DNA of 64,000 nucleotides from Plasmodiophora brassicae (Eukaryota): NCBI GenBank assembly GCA_036867785.1, contig CP145414.1, positions 186,001 to 250,000 of the forward strand, read 5' to 3'. Shown piece by piece: positions 59,509 to 64,000 of this stretch (position 1 is its first letter; each line of letters starts with the position of its first letter). The notes under the pieces were generated by a model. It saw only the letters and a program-made list of their open reading frames with translations, ran no database searches and was not told where the DNA came from. The position numbers and the translations under genes were made by a program.

Positions 59509-60412
59509 CGGCGCGCCGACGGCGACCGGCGCAGCTCCGACACCGGCGGCTTGGCCCGCAGCCGACGCGATGTCCGGCGATGCTGGGAACGCTCAACGCT
59601 GTCAATGCACAGGCCGCGACGCACTGCGACGGAGTATGGGGGTTGCCGCCGGGCAGAAAGGCGGTGTCGTGCAGTCAGACACGGACATAACGACACGAGA
59701 GCAAAAGACTTCCAGCATCAGCTCCCCAATCTTGAAGGGGACGTCTGCGGTTGTGTCCGTGTCTGACTGGGCTGTGACACCGCCGTTCTGCCCAGTCGCA
59801 ACCCCCCTCCCCCCCCCAAATCGGCCGATGCTTGTTGATGACAGACGCAGTTCAGCGGGCGCTCACCACAGGGCTGGCTTAGCTCAGATGCGGCAAAGCG
59901 TCTCAGACGTCATGTGTCGCCGCCGGGCCATGTGCTGCTGACGCCGACGCATCGCACCCTGACCCTGACAGGACACAGACACAACGACGCAGTTTTCCCC
60001 AGTCAGCAGTCGACTGCTCACGTCTGGGTCTCTATGGTGTCCCACTAACGTCACCCTCTGCTTCGTCGGTGGCCAGTTACACCAGAGAATTGCAAAGGCC
60101 ATTCCAGCAAATGACTACGTCAAAACCAACCGTCGCTTTCGGTCCCATCTGGGACGTCACGTCAAACCATGCATGAGATCTAGCGGCGGTCAAAGGTTTT
60201 GCCCAGTACATGATGACTGTTCGATGGAAGTTCACATGCCATTCCCATTGACGCAGGAGCATACGGTTGCTGACTCGAATCAACCTATTGAATTCCGTTG
60301 GCTCCCTCGGCAAGCCGCGCCAGTGCCAAGATCCGGACATACGCGCGCTGAACCCAGCAACGTACGGAAGGTACGGTGCAGACCGGAGTCCGTGACGGAG
60401 TCCGCAGCAAAC

Positions 60413-61293
60413 ATGGAGTGTAACGTGGCGGACCTGCTCGACCGGGCCCGCCTCCTGCTGTCTCAGTGCCAGGTACGCCCCAATGATTCGCGTGACATGA
60501 TCGCGTGTAACGAGCGGCCATGCAGCCAGATGTAGCTGTCAAATTCATTGAGCGCGCCATTGAGCGGGATCCGAATGACATGGCGGCGTTGGACATGCTC
60601 GCCGAAGTACTGCTAGAACTGGATCGAACGGAGGAAGCCGTTCGCGCCCTTCGTCGCAGCATCGACCTGTATCCGAACAGCAACGCGAACAAGTACATGT
60701 CGTTAGCGCAACTGCTGTCTGGCCGGGAGGCACTCGGCCTGTACGAACGCGGCATCCAACTAATGCTAAGTGGCATCGATCGCGATGATTCCAGTGTCGC
60801 GGCCGCGTACAGCGCCATTGCCGAGTTGTTCATGACCGACCTCTGCGATGAGGACAATGCTGAATCGAACTGTGAGGCCGCAGTAGAGGCCGCCGTGAAT
60901 GTATGCAGCGACTGCCCCGATCCTTACAGGGTCATGGCCAGTCTGCGTATAATTCAGGGCCGGTACGAGGAAGCCGAAGCCGCTGTCCGGTCCGGTCTCG
61001 AAAGAATAGCGTCGTCACCATTCGAGACTCGTCTCGACCTGGCCAAGAGCTGCATCGAGCTGGGCATGTTCACTAATGGCCTCGACCTGGTCGACGACTT
61101 GCTCGGCGAAGACGACCGTGATTGCCAGCTGTGGGTCATGGCCGCACTGTGCTACCTGAAGGAAGGCAACGCTGAAATCGCTGTCGAGTATTGCCACGCT
61201 GCACGCGCCATGGCGCTCAAACAAGACGATCGCGAGATGCTCAACGAGATCGACGCCATACAACACGAACTAGACAATACGCCCACTATATAA
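60413..61293 (+). CDS. ACL4: TPR protein, Acl4-like assembly chaperone of Rpl4; intron 60473-60525
   Basis: KYMSLAQL..GREAL..YERG, AIAELFMTDLCDEDNAE..CE, MASLRIIQ and FETRLDLAK..IE motifs. Confidence 0.8.
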
Positions 61294-61749
61294 ATCGGTG
61301 TCGCCACACGTCCCGAACTCAGTTACGTCGCGTTCCACTGCATTGATCCTATTGACAGGAGCGACACCTGTAGCCTTCGCACGGGGGACGGCGACGATAC
61401 GGCACGTGCAGGGTCAGGAACGCAGGGAACGTGGCAACGATGCGGGGGAGCTTGAGGTGCGCCCCAGTTGAGCGGCAATGTGCGCCGCCGTTGTCGTCAA
61501 CGTTGCGCCTGTACGTGATCCCGAACGACTGCGTACCTATGAGGCAAGCGACGCGGCCGGTGCCTCCATACGTTGACGTCAGCCGCCATCTCAAACATTA
61601 CGTCCAGCACCTGGTCCGATTTACAACGTTAATTGCCGTCATCACGTAATTGAGGTCGGTCCTGCCCGTAATTACCTAAACCGCCCTAGGGGGCGTGGCC
61701 CGTGTGGCTGTGCGACGGACTCCGTGCTGACGTCGTCGATCAGGTCGTC

Positions 61750-63395
<1,646 letters not shown>

Positions 63396-63484
63396 GACAG
63401 CCATTTGCCGCCGTCCATCCCCCGCTGCCGCCTACCAGATTGTATCCATCATAAATAAGTTGTTGCAGGCCGACGCCCTCTCGA

Positions 63485-64000
63485 TCATAGTTCAGGACGG
63501 TCGGTACTCCCTGCGTACTGGGAAATTCGTTGACGAAGCAGGCTGCCCAGGACGTCCTTCGCGTAGTACTGAACGACATCGAGGCGCGCTTGCCGGCCTT
63601 TCGCCTTCCGACCATGGACGTCATCGTGCACGAGTCGCATGAGCGTTCGCAAATGGTGGACGCTCGGGCGTGCCCAGCGATGCCCTTGAAACGCGCCGCC
63701 GTCGATGGTATCCATGCCGTCGTAACGCAGTGGGTACCCGTTCGCTTCCGTCATGAACGCGGTCGGTCCCGACCCTTTTGCAGACGCTTGTCAATGGCGT
63801 CCATCTGTAACCATACCCACGTACAGTTGGTTGCAATGATGGGAATACCGCAGGCCATGGCTTCGACGTGCGGGCGACCCCATCCCTCGCCTCGGCTTGG
63901 CAGGACGAACACATCAGCGGCACGATACAGCGATGGCATCTGCTCATCCGGTAGCCCTTCAGGCAGAACGACCAGCGTTTCGGGCGGCGACAGTCCATGT
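63485..64000 (-). CDS. Glycosyltransferase family 4 (GT-B) protein, 3' part
   Basis: LYRAADVFVLPSRGEGWGRPHVEAMACGIPIIATN, then an intron-separated C-terminal exon. Runs off the window. Confidence 0.85.

Overview
Eukaryotic, GC-rich DNA with compact genes and short (about 50-65 nt) GT-AG introns. This style suggests a protist such as a plasmodiophorid, but that is an unverified inference. The window has two sharply separated parts. Bases 1 to ~43,100 contain only transposons, and much of the nesting can be resolved to the base. A Tc1/mariner element (20578-40650, TA target) is split by a young chromodomain Ty3/Gypsy element (22378-40180, 4-bp CGCG TSD). The Gypsy integrase is split by a CACTG/EnSpm-type element (24020-29628), which holds a TGT...ACA palindromic MITE. 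The Gypsy 5' LTR is split by a TA-target TIR element (33830-40015) that holds a second CACTG element (34373-39810). A 127-bp Helitron-type element sits in the Tc1 TIR. Further left are a third, divergent CMC transposase, Gypsy, Copia, LINE and hAT remnants, and a complete PIF/Harbinger element (13405-16617) carrying a tRNA-shaped Pol III unit with a non-canonical anticodon loop. Bases ~43,290-64,000 are gene dense: an LPAAT acyltransferase, a SINE whose body matches the LINE 3' UTR, an intronless plant-like PPR-E-DYW deaminase gene, a CARMIL-like LRR gene, a short MED14-like gene, Cgr1/CCDC86, an inverted pair of Mug135-like genes, ACL4-like TPR, SRP54 and a partial GT4 glycosyltransferase. 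Family assignments come from motif recognition by eye; no searches were run.
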